Origin: Minisyncoccia bacterium | GTDB lineage: Bacteria > Patescibacteriota > Minisyncoccia > Phycocordibacterales > DATDWN01 | DNA: 64,000 nt | Assembly (NCBI GenBank): GCA_049297675.1 | Contig: JBAQUS010000004.1 | Span: 13,188-77,187, forward strand | Reading direction: 5' to 3' | Notes under the pieces: generated by a model | Databases searched by the model: none | What the model saw: only the letters and a program-made list of their open reading frames with translations | What the model was told of the DNA's origin: nothing | Part shown: positions 28,673-38,750 of the stretch, one piece after another | How the letters are laid out: the number at the start of each line of letters is the position of its first letter | Numbering within the stretch: the stretch's first letter is position 1 | Translations under genes and position numbers: made by a program

Positions 28673-29980
28673 AAAAACACAGACGATTTTGAGATAGAGG
28701 GCGGGAGAAAACTTTCTGGAACAATAAAAACTAACTACTCCAAAAACGGTGCAATGGGTCTTTTTTGCGCATCTCTTTTAAACAAAAGTACTACTATTCT
28801 TCATGGAATTCCTAGGATAGAGGAAATCGCTAGAGCAATGGAGATATTTGAAAGCATTGGGGTAAAAACCGAATGGATAGCAAAAAATTCTGTAAAAATC
28901 ACACCGCCGAAAAGATTTAAACTCCACAATATAAATATGAAATCTGCTGGGAGAATACGATCGGTGCTTATGATGATCGGTTCACTTATCCATTCTGAAA
29001 AAAAATTTAAAATTCCTCATGAAGGTGGATGCAAAATGGGTCAGAGAACAATCGCTGCGCACAGGTTCGGACTAGAATCCCTCGGAGTAAAAATTGTTAC
29101 CAAAGAATCATATTATGAGATAAGTCGTGGAAACCTTAAACCTGGAGAGATAGTGATGTATGAAGCTAGCGACACAGCTACAGAAAACTTGCTTATGGCA
29201 TCTTCACTTATACCAGGTAAAACCACTATAAAGTTTTGCCCATCAAACTATCAGGTTCAGGAGATTTGTTTTTTTCTGGAAAAATGTGGAGTAAAGATAG
29301 AAGGTATCGGAACAACCACACTAACAGTTCACGGCATAAAAAGAATAAACAAAAAAATCGAGTATCACAATAGTGAAGACCCTATTGAATCCATGATGTT
29401 TATTTCCTCCGCTATCGTTACAAAATCAAAACTAAAAATAACACGATGTCCTATTGATTTTCTTTCTCTAGAACTCCTGAAGTTAGAAAAAATGGGTTTA
29501 AAATTTTTAAAATCAAAGGAATACACTTCAGAAAATGGAAGAACCAAACTTGTCGATATTACAGTTTACCCATCAAAGCTTAAGGCTTTGTATGACAAAA
29601 TTCACGCCTCAGCCTACCCAGGAATAAATTCAGACAATCTTCCTTTCTTTGTGCCTATCGCCACACAAGCTAAGGGAACGACTCTTATTCACGATTGGAT
29701 GTGGGAAAACCGAGCTATATACTTTACAGAACTGAATCGCCTCGGAGCCAATATTGTCTTAGCCGATCAGCATAGGGTTTTTGTAAACGGCCCGACGGAA
29801 CTCAAAGCTAATCAGGTTATTTGTCCACCAGCCCTCAGGCCTGCCATGATAGTTTTCGTAGCAATGCTAGGAGCAAAGGGCACATCAATTCTAAGAAATG
29901 TATACTCTATAAAGCGCGGATACGAGAACGTAGCAGAGAGACTAAATGTAATCGGCGCAAAAATAAAACTATTGGAGTAA
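28598..29980 (+). CDS. murA: UDP-N-acetylglucosamine 1-carboxyvinyltransferase
   Basis: EIEGGRKLSGTIKTNYSKNGAMGLFCASLL plus the EPSP-synthase-like fold. The track start overlaps murB, so the true start is probably slightly later. Confidence 0.75.
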   Translation: MIFFNLHIQPKYTIYDIIANVEKTQKNTDDFEIEGGRKLSGTIKTNYSKNGAMGLFCASLLNKSTTILHGIPRIEEIARAMEIFESIGVKTEWIAKNSVKITPPKRFKLHNINMKSAGRIRSVLMMIGSLIHSEKKFKIPHEGGCKMGQRTIAAHRFGLESLGVKIVTKESYYEISRGNLKPGEIVMYEASDTATENLLMASSLIPGKTTIKFCPSNYQVQEICFFLEKCGVKIEGIGTTTLTVHGIKRINKKIEYHNSEDPIESMMFISSAIVTKSKLKITRCPIDFLSLELLKLEKMGLKFLKSKEYTSENGRTKLVDITVYPSKLKALYDKIHASAYPGINSDNLPFFVPIATQAKGTTLIHDWMWENRAIYFTELNRLGANIVLADQHRVFVNGPTELKANQVICPPALRPAMIVFVAMLGAKGTSILRNVYSIKRGYENVAERLNVIGAKIKLLE

Positions 29981-29985
29981 AAGCA

Positions 29986-30273
29986 CTATTTTATTTCATC
30001 TTTTTTCACAATACCAGCCTCCCTAAGTGTGTCGATTTCCGCAGAAACAGTGGTATCATACACTGATTCATCGTTAGCTTTTTTTTTAACTGTAGCAGAC
30101 AAACTATCTTCTGACACGTATAAATAGTACAAGTTTGGTTCGTATATAAGATGTTTTATTGCAGAACTAAATGCACCTAAAATACTCTCTTCTGACTCCA
30201 TTGGACCTTCAAGTTCAGACTGGATTTGATCTGGTTTCAATTCCTCTATATTCCTTATTTGTTCATTATTCAT
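29986..30273 (-). CDS. Hypothetical acidic protein (95 aa)
   Basis: Clean ORF following the murA stop. No motif recognised. Confidence 0.3.
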   Translation of the reverse strand: MNNEQIRNIEELKPDQIQSELEGPMESEESILGAFSSAIKHLIYEPNLYYLYVSEDSLSATVKKKANDESVYDTTVSAEIDTLREAGIVKKDEIK

Positions 30274-30298
30274 ATCTTTCTATTTTAACATAAAAACT

Positions 30299-30384
30299 TG
30301 GTGCCGGGAGAGAGAATCGAACTCTCAATGGATTGCTCCGCACGATTTTGAGTCGTGTGCGTCTACCAATTCCGCCATCCCGGC
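30299..30384 (-). tRNA. tRNA-Leu (anticodon CAA), long variable arm, CCA encoded
   Basis: Acceptor GCCGGGA/TCCCGGC, D-loop AATTGGTAGA, anticodon loop CTCAAAA, T-arm GAGAG-TTCGATT-CTCTC. Confidence 0.8.
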
Positions 30385-30464
30385 ATTTGTAAAATAAATA
30401 TATCACAAGTCTTAAAAAAGTTCAGGGTCAGCTCTCGCTAACCCTTAAACATCTTATAATTATC

Positions 30465-30887
30465 TCACTCTTTCCTTCTTCTCCGCAATTTCTTGTTGAG
30501 TGAATTGATCTCAGAAACTATCTCGGGCTTCATGCAATTGATCGAAGAGACTCTCAAGACAAGGCCACGAATTCCAGGACCAGCATTTGACGTCCCCTTT
30601 TGCTCTTGATTCCAGCTAAAGATCATGCCCACTTGAGCATGTGGACCCCTTTGCTTTAACATTATCCCACTAACAACTATTACCGCTTGACGTGATGCAT
30701 CCTCAAGTCTTTTGAGACTGGGAAGATTAAGTAGTGGACTTTCAATTCTTTCCTCAAAGATTCGAACTACAGCCACTTTCTGCCCCCTCCTACTTCCTAT
30801 CCAAACTGCATTGAGCAGTTTAGTTAGAATCGACTTGTTCAAAACATCCTGTGACTCAATTTTCTTGATCATTTTTCCTCCAATCAA
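30465..30887 (-). CDS. Hypothetical protein (140 aa), basic C-terminus
   Basis: ORF only. Confidence 0.3.
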   Translation of the reverse strand: MIGGKMIKKIESQDVLNKSILTKLLNAVWIGSRRGQKVAVVRIFEERIESPLLNLPSLKRLEDASRQAVIVVSGIMLKQRGPHAQVGMIFSWNQEQKGTSNAGPGIRGLVLRVSSINCMKPEIVSEINSLNKKLRRRRKE

Positions 30888-30930
30888 CGTTGCGGGAATC
30901 TACAATCCATTGTAAAGTATCTCTTAATTT

Positions 30931-31845
30931 ATGAAAAAATCAAGTGTTAAAAATGGACTTCCGAAAGTCCTTGTTATTCTCGGACCAACTTCAATGGGAA
31001 AAAGTGACCTAGCTGTTAGGCTTGCAAAAAAATTTAATGGTGAAATTATTTCCGCTGACTCAAGACAGGTTTATAAAGGACTAAACATTGGCACTGGAAA
31101 AATCACAGAAAAGGAAATGCTAGGTGTCCCCCATCATCTCCTGGACGTGGTTTCTCCTAAAAAAATTTTTTCTGTGTCAGATTTTCAAAAAATAGCAATC
31201 GAGAGAATCGAGAATATTTTATCAAGAGGTAAACTGCCCATAATCTGTGGCGGTACTGGATTTTATATCGACTCAATCGTCCACGGCATAGTTTTACCAG
31301 AAGTTCCACCAAATCCTAAATTGAGAAAAATCTTAGAGAAAAAAAGTCTGGAGGAATTAGTAAAAATATTAAAAAAATTAGACAAAAATAGACTGGAAAA
31401 TATTGATCAAAAAAACAAAGTCAGGTTAATCCGTGCTATTGAGATAGCAAAAAGTCTTGGTAAAGTACCAAAAGTTAAAAAGGAGGAAAGTAAGTATGAT
31501 TTTTGCCAAATAGGACTGAGGATTGATGACTATAATTTGAAAAAAAAGATTCGTAACAGGCTATTTTTGAGAATAAAAAAAGGAATGATAAAAGAAGCTG
31601 AAAATATTCACAAAAATGGGCTCACATACAAGCGAATGAAAGAGCTCGGTCTTGAATATAGGTTTTTAACTGACTTTTTAGAGAAGAAAATTACAAAAGT
31701 GGAATTGTTTAAAAAAATTATGGATGGAAATTGGAACTATGCCAAGAGACAAGTAACTTGGTTTAAAAGAGATGAAAAAATAAAGTGGTTCAAACCCACA
31801 GAGGAAAACTCAATTAAAAGAACTGTGGAAAAATTTTTGACATAA
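30931..31845 (+). CDS. miaA: tRNA dimethylallyltransferase
   Basis: P-loop GPTSMGKS plus ISADSRQVYKGLNIGTGKIT. Confidence 0.85.
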   Translation: MKKSSVKNGLPKVLVILGPTSMGKSDLAVRLAKKFNGEIISADSRQVYKGLNIGTGKITEKEMLGVPHHLLDVVSPKKIFSVSDFQKIAIERIENILSRGKLPIICGGTGFYIDSIVHGIVLPEVPPNPKLRKILEKKSLEELVKILKKLDKNRLENIDQKNKVRLIRAIEIAKSLGKVPKVKKEESKYDFCQIGLRIDDYNLKKKIRNRLFLRIKKGMIKEAENIHKNGLTYKRMKELGLEYRFLTDFLEKKITKVELFKKIMDGNWNYAKRQVTWFKRDEKIKWFKPTEENSIKRTVEKFLT

Positions 31846-31884
31846 ATTCGTAACACATATAAAATCAAAAAGGAGGTCTTCAGA

Positions 31885-32433
31885 ATGAAGTTGCCGACTG
31901 TATCAGCGAATACTATCGTCCGAAGTTGGGATGGTAGACTAGTCATTGTCAAACACAAACAGAAAGCCTACGACATTAGGCTCGAATGTCCGTGGGGTCT
32001 GCCAGGAGGTGGACTTGAAGACGGTGAAACTCCAATCGAAAATGCGATAAGAGAAACGAGACAAGAGATTGGAGTGGATATCAAAGCTCCAAAACTCATC
32101 GGAACGTTCATCCAGAGAGTTAGGGATGACGAAGCTCCGGGTGGCTTCGTCAGTGGCGTACTCCACCTTTTTGTATCAATTGAGTCAGATTTGGAAGGAA
32201 GGATCAGATGGGAAGGATGTGACGAAATAGAGGAGATTGCCCTTCTTGCACCCAAATCCATCTGCGAAAAACGACAGGAGATCGGACTCGGCTACTTTCG
32301 CATGATTCTCAAGTACATGAGATGCATCGACGGTGCTGACAGGTACGGATTCCAAAACCTCCGACTGTCCTTACCTGTTGAGTATCCACGATTCGGACTA
32401 AAAGACAAAGACCAACTTGTTCTTCAGACTTAA
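31885..32433 (+). CDS. Nudix hydrolase (compositionally atypical, about 48-50% GC)
   Basis: Nudix box GGGLEDGETPIENAIRETRQEIGV. GC clearly above the neighbours. Hairpin GGGGTGTGCC...GGCACGCCCC after the stop. Confidence 0.65.
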   Translation: MKLPTVSANTIVRSWDGRLVIVKHKQKAYDIRLECPWGLPGGGLEDGETPIENAIRETRQEIGVDIKAPKLIGTFIQRVRDDEAPGGFVSGVLHLFVSIESDLEGRIRWEGCDEIEEIALLAPKSICEKRQEIGLGYFRMILKYMRCIDGADRYGFQNLRLSLPVEYPRFGLKDKDQLVLQT

Positions 32434-32617
32434 GGGGTGTGCCAGTAATCTCGGCACGCCCCTTAAAATTTTACATGAAATTTAATATGAATTAGTGTAG
32501 ATTAATATATATGAATCCCGTTAGAAGTTGTAATATAAAACAATTCTTGAGAAATAATTATCAACTAGATTTAATTTTTGTACCAAAGAGTTAACAGCTA
32601 CTGGTACTTCTAACGGG

Positions 32618-33295
32618 ATGAAATCTGTGATACTTTGTGCAGGCGAAGGAACGAGAATGAGACCACTTACCTTTACTTTGCCTAAACCACTCATTGACGT
32701 ATCTGGCAAAACAATAATTGAAAGAATTTTAGAGTCTCTTCCAGAGGAAATCGATGAAGTTATTTTGGTTGTGGATTATTTGAGAGAGAAAATCATATCT
32801 CATCTTGTAGAAAACTTTTTAGGAAGAAAAATAAGCTATGCCATTCAAGGAGAAAAAAGGGGTACATTTGGTGCACTACTTAGTGCAAAAAATTTTATAG
32901 AGGAAAATGAAAGATTTCTTGTTCTAAATGGTGATGACATACATGATAAGTTTGAGTTAAGAGAATATTTAAAACACCCAAGAAGTTTCGGTATACAGAA
33001 AATGATAATGCCAAACTATTATAGTGTTTCAGTGGATGAGAACAAACATGTTATTGGTTTTGCCAAACAAACAGATAAGGAAAAACTATATGGAACCTTT
33101 GTCGCAACTGGAGCTTATGTTTTGGATTCAAATATATTTAAACATCCTGGAGTGATAGTTTTTGGCGGAGAATTAGGGCTTCCTCAAACTATTCTTGCCC
33201 AAAAAGACTACCCTATCAATGCAGTAGTCACAGAAAGGTGGGTACCTATAAACTCGTTTGAGGATCTAGAAAAAGCTAAAAAAATATTTTCTTAA
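32618..33295 (+). CDS. Sugar-phosphate nucleotidyltransferase (NTP_transferase family)
   Basis: ILCAGEGTRMRPLT (GxGTRxxP) N-terminal motif. Confidence 0.7.
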   Translation: MKSVILCAGEGTRMRPLTFTLPKPLIDVSGKTIIERILESLPEEIDEVILVVDYLREKIISHLVENFLGRKISYAIQGEKRGTFGALLSAKNFIEENERFLVLNGDDIHDKFELREYLKHPRSFGIQKMIMPNYYSVSVDENKHVIGFAKQTDKEKLYGTFVATGAYVLDSNIFKHPGVIVFGGELGLPQTILAQKDYPINAVVTERWVPINSFEDLEKAKKIFS

Positions 33296-33401
33296 TTTAC
33301 AGACGATCTTGTCCTGTGTGAATCCACTCTTTTCTGGATCATGAGTTTCCTAAATAGCACTATCTCCAAATATGCAAATTCATTCTGGTTTTTTCATACT
33401 T

Positions 33402-33917
33402 TCATTTTAAGATCTTGTAATGTAGCTGGATCGTATCCTCATTAAGTTTGTTAACTTCCATAAGTTTTAGATCGTATTCAAAATCAGCCTCAGAAAAAAC
33501 TTTTATTCCTTTTCCAAATATCAATGGTTCAACATCTAAATAAATCTCATCTATTAAGTTTTCTTTAAGAAAAGAACTATTTAATTGACCTCCTCCAGCC
33601 ACAAACGCTGTTTTAAAGTTTTTTGTTTCTAATAAATTCAATATATCTTTTGGTGACTTTTTTGTAATCAAAACATTGTCACCCCATTTATTTTCTATCT
33701 CCTGGTTAGATACTACAATATTCAAAGCATCTGGAAATGGAAAATATCCATACTTAGAAGTTTCTATATATGTATTTTTACCCATTATTGTATTTCCTGC
33801 TGATTTACTATGTTCGTAAAATCCTTTCAAGTCTTCTTCTTAAGTAAACTCTGAATTACCATTTTCTCTAGCAATATAACCATTAGCAGATATTCCCATA
33901 TAGATAATTGTCTTCAT
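33402..33917 (-). pseudogene. Dihydrofolate reductase-like (RibD_C/DHFR fold) gene interrupted by a single in-frame TAA (33840-33842, minus strand)
   Basis: N-terminal fragment MKTIIYMGISANGYIARENGNSEFT (33843-33917), then TAA, then in frame EED-L-KGFYEHSKSAGNTIMGKNTY... The track ORF begins at a TTG at 33830. Confidence 0.55.
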
Positions 33918-33930
33918 AATCATCATAATA

Positions 33931-33968
33931 ACAAAAAATCACTGATTTGTATCGGTGATTTTTTGTCT
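33931..33968 (-). terminator. Rho-independent terminator downstream of tRNA-Trp (copy of the 12961-12995 element)
   Basis: AAAAAATCACTGA-TTTGTA-TCGGTGATTTTTTGT. Confidence 0.65.
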
Positions 33969-34030
33969 CAAATATTGCTTTACTTTCTCGCAAAAACGTC
34001 ACATTGACGCGTCTCGTGCGACGCTCGACT

Positions 34031-34104
34031 TGGCGGGGGGTGGAAGAATCGAACTCCCGACAACGGTTTTGGAGACCGTAGTTATACCACTTAACTAACC
34101 CCCC
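34031..34104 (-). tRNA. tRNA-Trp (anticodon CCA), CCA encoded
   Basis: Acceptor GGGGGGT/ACCCCCC, anticodon arm ACGGT-CTCCAAA-ACCGT, T-loop GTTCGATTC. Confidence 0.75.
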
Positions 34105-34162
34105 AGATTTACAAAATATAGCAAAAAAACGCCTGATTGGCGAATAAAAAAACAAAATATAG

Positions 34163-35296
34163 CTAAATAACTATCCTCTCTATTAGTGGATTAAGTCGAG
34201 TAACAAATTCATAGTTTGTAGTTCCAGATACTTCTGCTAATTCATTTACTAAAACAGACAAACTGCCGGATCTACCCAAGAGAATAACTTCATCAAAAAT
34301 TTTTGCATTTTTTACATCTGTAACATCTACAACTATCATATCCATTGAAACTCTCCCTAAAACTTTGCAAAATTTATTTCCTATTATTACAACCCCTTTG
34401 CTTGAAAGACTTCTGGAATATCCATGCCAGTAACCAATAGGAATAATAGCAATTTTGGAGTCTCTTTTTAATTTTTCGGTTAGATCATATCCGACGCCAC
34501 TACCTTTTGGAACGTTTTTTATCTGGGAAATAATACTTTTCCAAGTTAACACAGGTTTAAGTATTACTTTATTTTTGTAATATTCTTCGATTTTTTTCGA
34601 TGGCCACAAACCGTAAATACCGATACCAATTCTAAGCATATCCATTTTATTACTTATAAGTATCGCTCCGCTTGTGGATTGACTATGAGTAATAAAATTT
34701 TTAAACCTAGCTTCTTTAAAAAAGTCGACGGCTATTTGGAATTTTTTTACCTGCAGCTCCGTCTGAGTTTTATCATCAGGATCTTTGGCTGAGGAAAAAT
34801 GCGTGTAAATCCCTTCTAACTTTATATTTTTTGATACTTTAATTAGCTCAATTACTTTTGGAATTTCCTCTAGAAAAAAACCTTGTCTGTGCATGCCTGT
34901 ATCAACTTTGACGTGAACGTTAATTTTTTCCTTAGACTTTCTAAGTTTATTTAAAGATTCGAAATCAGAAACGGTAATAGAAACACGATTCTTTATGGCC
35001 TCCTTAACTCTATCCGGAAGTGTAAAACCTAAAACAAGTATTGGTTTTCTTATCCCATTTTCTCTCAAAGCACTTGCTTCAACAATAGAATCCACTCCTA
35101 AAAAATCCACAGCAAGGTTTTGAAGTATACTAGAAATTGTGAGAAGTCCGTGACCATAAGCGTTTGATTTAACCACTCCCATGAGTTTCATTCCTTTAGC
35201 AATTTTTCTAAAAGTTTTGTAGTTACTTTTTATCGCCTTTTCGTCAATTTCAATCCAAGTTCTTAGCTTTTTTTTAATATTTACTGATTTAATCAT
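34163..35296 (-). CDS. alr: Alanine racemase
   Basis: PLP-lysine motif VVKSNAYGHG. Confidence 0.8.
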   Translation of the reverse strand: MIKSVNIKKKLRTWIEIDEKAIKSNYKTFRKIAKGMKLMGVVKSNAYGHGLLTISSILQNLAVDFLGVDSIVEASALRENGIRKPILVLGFTLPDRVKEAIKNRVSITVSDFESLNKLRKSKEKINVHVKVDTGMHRQGFFLEEIPKVIELIKVSKNIKLEGIYTHFSSAKDPDDKTQTELQVKKFQIAVDFFKEARFKNFITHSQSTSGAILISNKMDMLRIGIGIYGLWPSKKIEEYYKNKVILKPVLTWKSIISQIKNVPKGSGVGYDLTEKLKRDSKIAIIPIGYWHGYSRSLSSKGVVIIGNKFCKVLGRVSMDMIVVDVTDVKNAKIFDEVILLGRSGSLSVLVNELAEVSGTTNYEFVTRLNPLIERIVI

Positions 35297-35316
35297 TTAA
35301 TATTATGTTGAAAGTA

Positions 35317-35340
35317 AAAAAACGCTATTAAGCGTTTTTT
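35317..35340. terminator. Bidirectional hairpin AAAAAACGCT-ATTA-AGCGTTTTTT between rpmG and alr
   Basis: 10-bp perfect stem flanked by A- and T-runs. Confidence 0.6.
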
Positions 35341-35494
35341 ACTTTTTTGCCTCTTTGAAAGCAACTCTCTTACGGAGTTTTTTGCTGTACTTTTTGAGTT
35401 CGATTTTTCTCTCGACTTTTTTCTTGTTTTTCCTGGTCCAGTATACTTCCCCAGATTCTTTATTTCGAAGTGGTATTAATCTATCTTGTGACAT
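35339..35494 (-). CDS. rpmG: 50S ribosomal protein L33 (no Cys zinc ribbon)
   Basis: Hand translation: MSQDRLIPLRNKESGEVYWTRKNKKKVERKIELKKYSKKLRKRVAFKEAKK. RBS AAGGT 8 nt upstream. Too short for the ORF track. Confidence 0.75.
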   Translation of the reverse strand: MSQDRLIPLRNKESGEVYWTRKNKKKVERKIELKKYSKKLRKRVAFKEAKK

Positions 35495-35861
35495 AGTACC
35501 TTGAGATTAATATAAAATTAGAGAAAATGCAAGGAGACCAACCCGTTCGGATTGGCCTCTAGAAATCACAAACCATCGTCTGGAAAAACTCCTGGCAGTA
35601 TGAGCTGAATACTTCTGACAAATTTCTCGTACTCAGTAATGAATACATAGGAAATTCCTATGTAAGTGCCGTACGAAAAAATCCCAAGCAGTTGGGATTT
35701 GTTTCGTCGTGTGCGCCGGGTTGGAATTTCTCCCTCGCCTCTCAAGTTTGCCGTCGCAAACTCTCGGGCTGGTCACCGACTCGCGTTCGGCTTTTACTAA
35801 AGCCGAAATCGCTCCGTCGTTCGAATCCAACACGCAAAGCATGCTTTGCTCCGGCACACAC

Positions 35862-35880
35862 GAAAAAATCCCTTGCGGGA
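35862..35880 (-). terminator. Hairpin AAATCCC-TTGC-GGGATTT followed by a U-run, downstream of tRNA-Tyr
   Basis: 7-bp stem plus T-tract in the minus-strand reading. Confidence 0.55.
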
Positions 35881-35889
35881 TTTGTCGTG

Positions 35890-35972
35890 TGCGCCGGGTT
35901 GGATTCGAACCAACGAAGCCCGAGGGCGACAGATTTACAGTCTGTTGTGATAGACCACTCCACCACCGACGC
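35890..35972 (-). tRNA. tRNA-Tyr (anticodon GUA), long variable arm, CCA not encoded
   Basis: Acceptor GCGTCGG/CCGGCGC, anticodon arm ACAGA-CTGTAAA-TCTGT, T-arm GTTGG-TTCGAAT-CCAAC. Confidence 0.75.
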
Positions 35973-36027
35973 AACAGTTAGAGAATATCATAAAGCAACA
36001 CAATTTCAAATTTTTATATTCACAAAC

Positions 36028-38712
36028 TTACGCCATAGTAGATTCTGGAATGAAGCTTTCTGAAACAAATGAGCCGTTTCTTCCCTTCTTTACGTTGAAA
36101 TTAAACTCACCTCCCTTTAAATCAACATGAATTGTTCCGCCTTTTGAAATGCCTTTGCTGACCATGAGGGATGCAATGGGTGTTAGAATTTTGGACTGAA
36201 TCAGACGCTTCAGAGGTCTCGCCCCATATTGTGGGTTATAACCCTCTTTTGCTAGATGCTCTATAACGGAATTTGAAAACACCAGCTTTATTTCTTTTTG
36301 CAAGAGTCTATCTTTGACTTGTTCTACCTGAATATTAACAATTTCTGCTATGGCTTCTTTGGATAAAATATCAAATATTATTATCTCATCCAATCTGTTT
36401 AAAAATTCTGGTCTAAAGTGATCCTTAAGAGCTGACATGACATTAGTTTTGGCATTTTCATAATTTGCCTTCTCTCCACTACCAGAGGCAAAACCGATTT
36501 TCTCCATTTTGTCTATGAATCTCGAGCCAATATTTGATGTCAAAATAATAACTGTATTTCTAAAGTTTACCACCCTGCCCTTTGAGTCTGTTAGTTTGCC
36601 ATTATCAAGCACCTGAAGCAGAATATTGAAAACCTCTGGATGAGCCTTTTCTATCTCGTCGAAAAGAATAACCGAATATGGTCTGTGTCGAACCATTTCC
36701 GTAATGGTTCCTCCTTCATCATGACCTACATAACCTGGTGGAGCACCTATAATTTTTGAAACTGAGTGCTTTTCCATAAACTCCGACATATCGATACGTA
36801 TAAGAGCTTTGTCGTCGTCGAACATAAATTGGGCAAGAGCTTTAGTAAGCTCGGTCTTTCCAACCCCTGTTGGACCAAGAAAAAGAAAAGATCCTATTGG
36901 TCTGTTGGGGTCAGAAATCCCAACCCTACTTCTCTTTATAGTATCCGAAATCTTCTGCACTGGTTCGTTTTGACCGACTATTCTTTTCGTTAAGACTTCT
37001 TCCATTCTGCCAAGCTTTTCTGCCTCTTCCTCTAGCATTCTAGTAACTGGAATTCCTGTCCATTTTGAAACTATAGTTGCAATATCGTTTTCAGTTATTT
37101 CTTCTTTCAAAATTCTTCTTGACGATTGAAGTTTTTTTAATCGCTTTAACTTGCCATCTAGTTCTTTCTCAAGCGCCGGAATTTTACCATAGCGAATCTC
37201 AGCAGCACGTGAAAGGTCCGTTCTAGCCTCTGCGCTATCTGCCTCTAACCTCAAACTCTCAAGTTGTTTCTTTATTGATTTAATATCATTAACTGTTTCT
37301 TTCTCGTTATTCCATTTGAGCTCTATCTCACTAATGTCTTCCTTCAAATCGGCAACACTTTTTTCTATCTCCTTTAATCGTGTCTTTGATTTTGTGTCAG
37401 TCTCTTTTTTTAAGGCTTCTTGCTCGATCTGGAGCTTGACGATTTTTGAGTGAGCAGTCTGCAGAACTGGAGGTTTGTTCTCTAGTGCTATTTTTAAGTA
37501 GGATGAAGCTTCATCAATAAGATCGACTGCCTTGTCCGGTAAAAATCTATCAGAAATATATCTTGCTGAAAGATTTACAGCAGAAACTATTGCCTCGTCT
37601 GTGATATGAACTCCATGATACAGTTCATACTTCTCCTTAAGCCCTCGTAAAATAGTTACAGCATCATCGATAGAAGGTTCATTTACGTAAACTGGCTGGA
37701 AACGTCTTGTCAGAGCTGGATCTTTCTCGATATGCTTTTGGTACTCCTTAAGTGTCGTAGCTCCAATTGCTCTTAACTCTCCACGAGCCAAAGCAGGCTT
37801 CAGCATGTTTGAGGCATCAAGCGACCCTTCAGCCGCACCTGCTCCGACAATAGTATGAATTTCATCAACAAAAAGAACTATTTTGCCGTCAGCTCTCTCG
37901 ACTTCTTTCAAAATATTTTTAAGTCTTTCCTCAAACTCACCTCTATATTTTGTTCCAGCAATAAGAAGTCCTAGATCAAGTGAAACTAGCTCTTTATCCC
38001 TCAAAGATTCTGGCACTTCCCCCATAGACATTCTTGTAGCCAGTCCTTCAACAATGGCAGTCTTTCCCACACCAGCTTCGCCAATAAGTATCGGATTATT
38101 TTTTGTTCTTCGAGAGAGAATTTGTATTATCCTACCTATTTCATCATCTCTTCCTATAACAGGATCAAGTTTGTTTTGTTGGGCAAGTTTAGTAAGTGAC
38201 CTAGTATACTTTGAAAGAGCCTTAAATTTTTTCGGAGCCTCACTTTCAACAGTTTTAGCACTTCGAATATCTTCTAAAACCTTCAAAACCGCATCCTTGT
38301 TTATTTTAAATTTCAAAAGTAAATCTCTTGCTGAACTTTGAACTTCCGTAAGTGAAAGAAAAAGGTGTTCTGTCGATACAAACTCATCTTTCAGGCTAGA
38401 TGCTTCTTTTGCTGAAATTTCTATGGTCTGTGCCAAATCAGGTGTGAGATAAATCTGATACGAAGCAGATAAGGTTTGTCCGGCCTCAGTACCTTCTATG
38501 AGCTCAAGAAGTGAGTCCGTCAGTAATATTGTATCAATCTCCATTCTGTCCAATATAGAGGCGACTATACTCTCTTCCTGAAGAATAAGCGCTGTCAAAA
38601 GATGGTTGGTATTAACATGATTTTGACCACGTTCAATAGCCAGCTCATGAGCCTTTCTTATAGCTTCTTTAGCCTTTGTGGTAAATTTCCCAAATGGTGG
38701 CATGCTGTTCAT
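36028..38712 (-). CDS. clpB: ATP-dependent chaperone ClpB
   Basis: Two AAA+ modules (GEAGVGKTA and GPTGVGKTE Walker A), coiled-coil middle domain, Clp N domain. Confidence 0.9.
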   Translation of the reverse strand: MNSMPPFGKFTTKAKEAIRKAHELAIERGQNHVNTNHLLTALILQEESIVASILDRMEIDTILLTDSLLELIEGTEAGQTLSASYQIYLTPDLAQTIEISAKEASSLKDEFVSTEHLFLSLTEVQSSARDLLLKFKINKDAVLKVLEDIRSAKTVESEAPKKFKALSKYTRSLTKLAQQNKLDPVIGRDDEIGRIIQILSRRTKNNPILIGEAGVGKTAIVEGLATRMSMGEVPESLRDKELVSLDLGLLIAGTKYRGEFEERLKNILKEVERADGKIVLFVDEIHTIVGAGAAEGSLDASNMLKPALARGELRAIGATTLKEYQKHIEKDPALTRRFQPVYVNEPSIDDAVTILRGLKEKYELYHGVHITDEAIVSAVNLSARYISDRFLPDKAVDLIDEASSYLKIALENKPPVLQTAHSKIVKLQIEQEALKKETDTKSKTRLKEIEKSVADLKEDISEIELKWNNEKETVNDIKSIKKQLESLRLEADSAEARTDLSRAAEIRYGKIPALEKELDGKLKRLKKLQSSRRILKEEITENDIATIVSKWTGIPVTRMLEEEAEKLGRMEEVLTKRIVGQNEPVQKISDTIKRSRVGISDPNRPIGSFLFLGPTGVGKTELTKALAQFMFDDDKALIRIDMSEFMEKHSVSKIIGAPPGYVGHDEGGTITEMVRHRPYSVILFDEIEKAHPEVFNILLQVLDNGKLTDSKGRVVNFRNTVIILTSNIGSRFIDKMEKIGFASGSGEKANYENAKTNVMSALKDHFRPEFLNRLDEIIIFDILSKEAIAEIVNIQVEQVKDRLLQKEIKLVFSNSVIEHLAKEGYNPQYGARPLKRLIQSKILTPIASLMVSKGISKGGTIHVDLKGGEFNFNVKKGRNGSFVSESFIPESTMA

Positions 38713-38750
38713 TACACCACTATATCAGAAATTATTGCAAAATCAAAAAT

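Noticed and set aside
33883-34155. 90-aa minus-strand ORF overlapping tRNA-Trp
   Set aside because: It runs through a well-formed tRNA and the conserved terminator. No RBS. Judged a chance ORF.
35633-36063. Several overlapping ORFs (35633-35974, 35692-36063, 35709-35981, 35742-35966)
   Set aside because: They cover tRNA-Tyr, the duplicated terminator module and GC-richer noncoding DNA. The amino-acid composition looks like translated RNA gene or GC-rich spacer.
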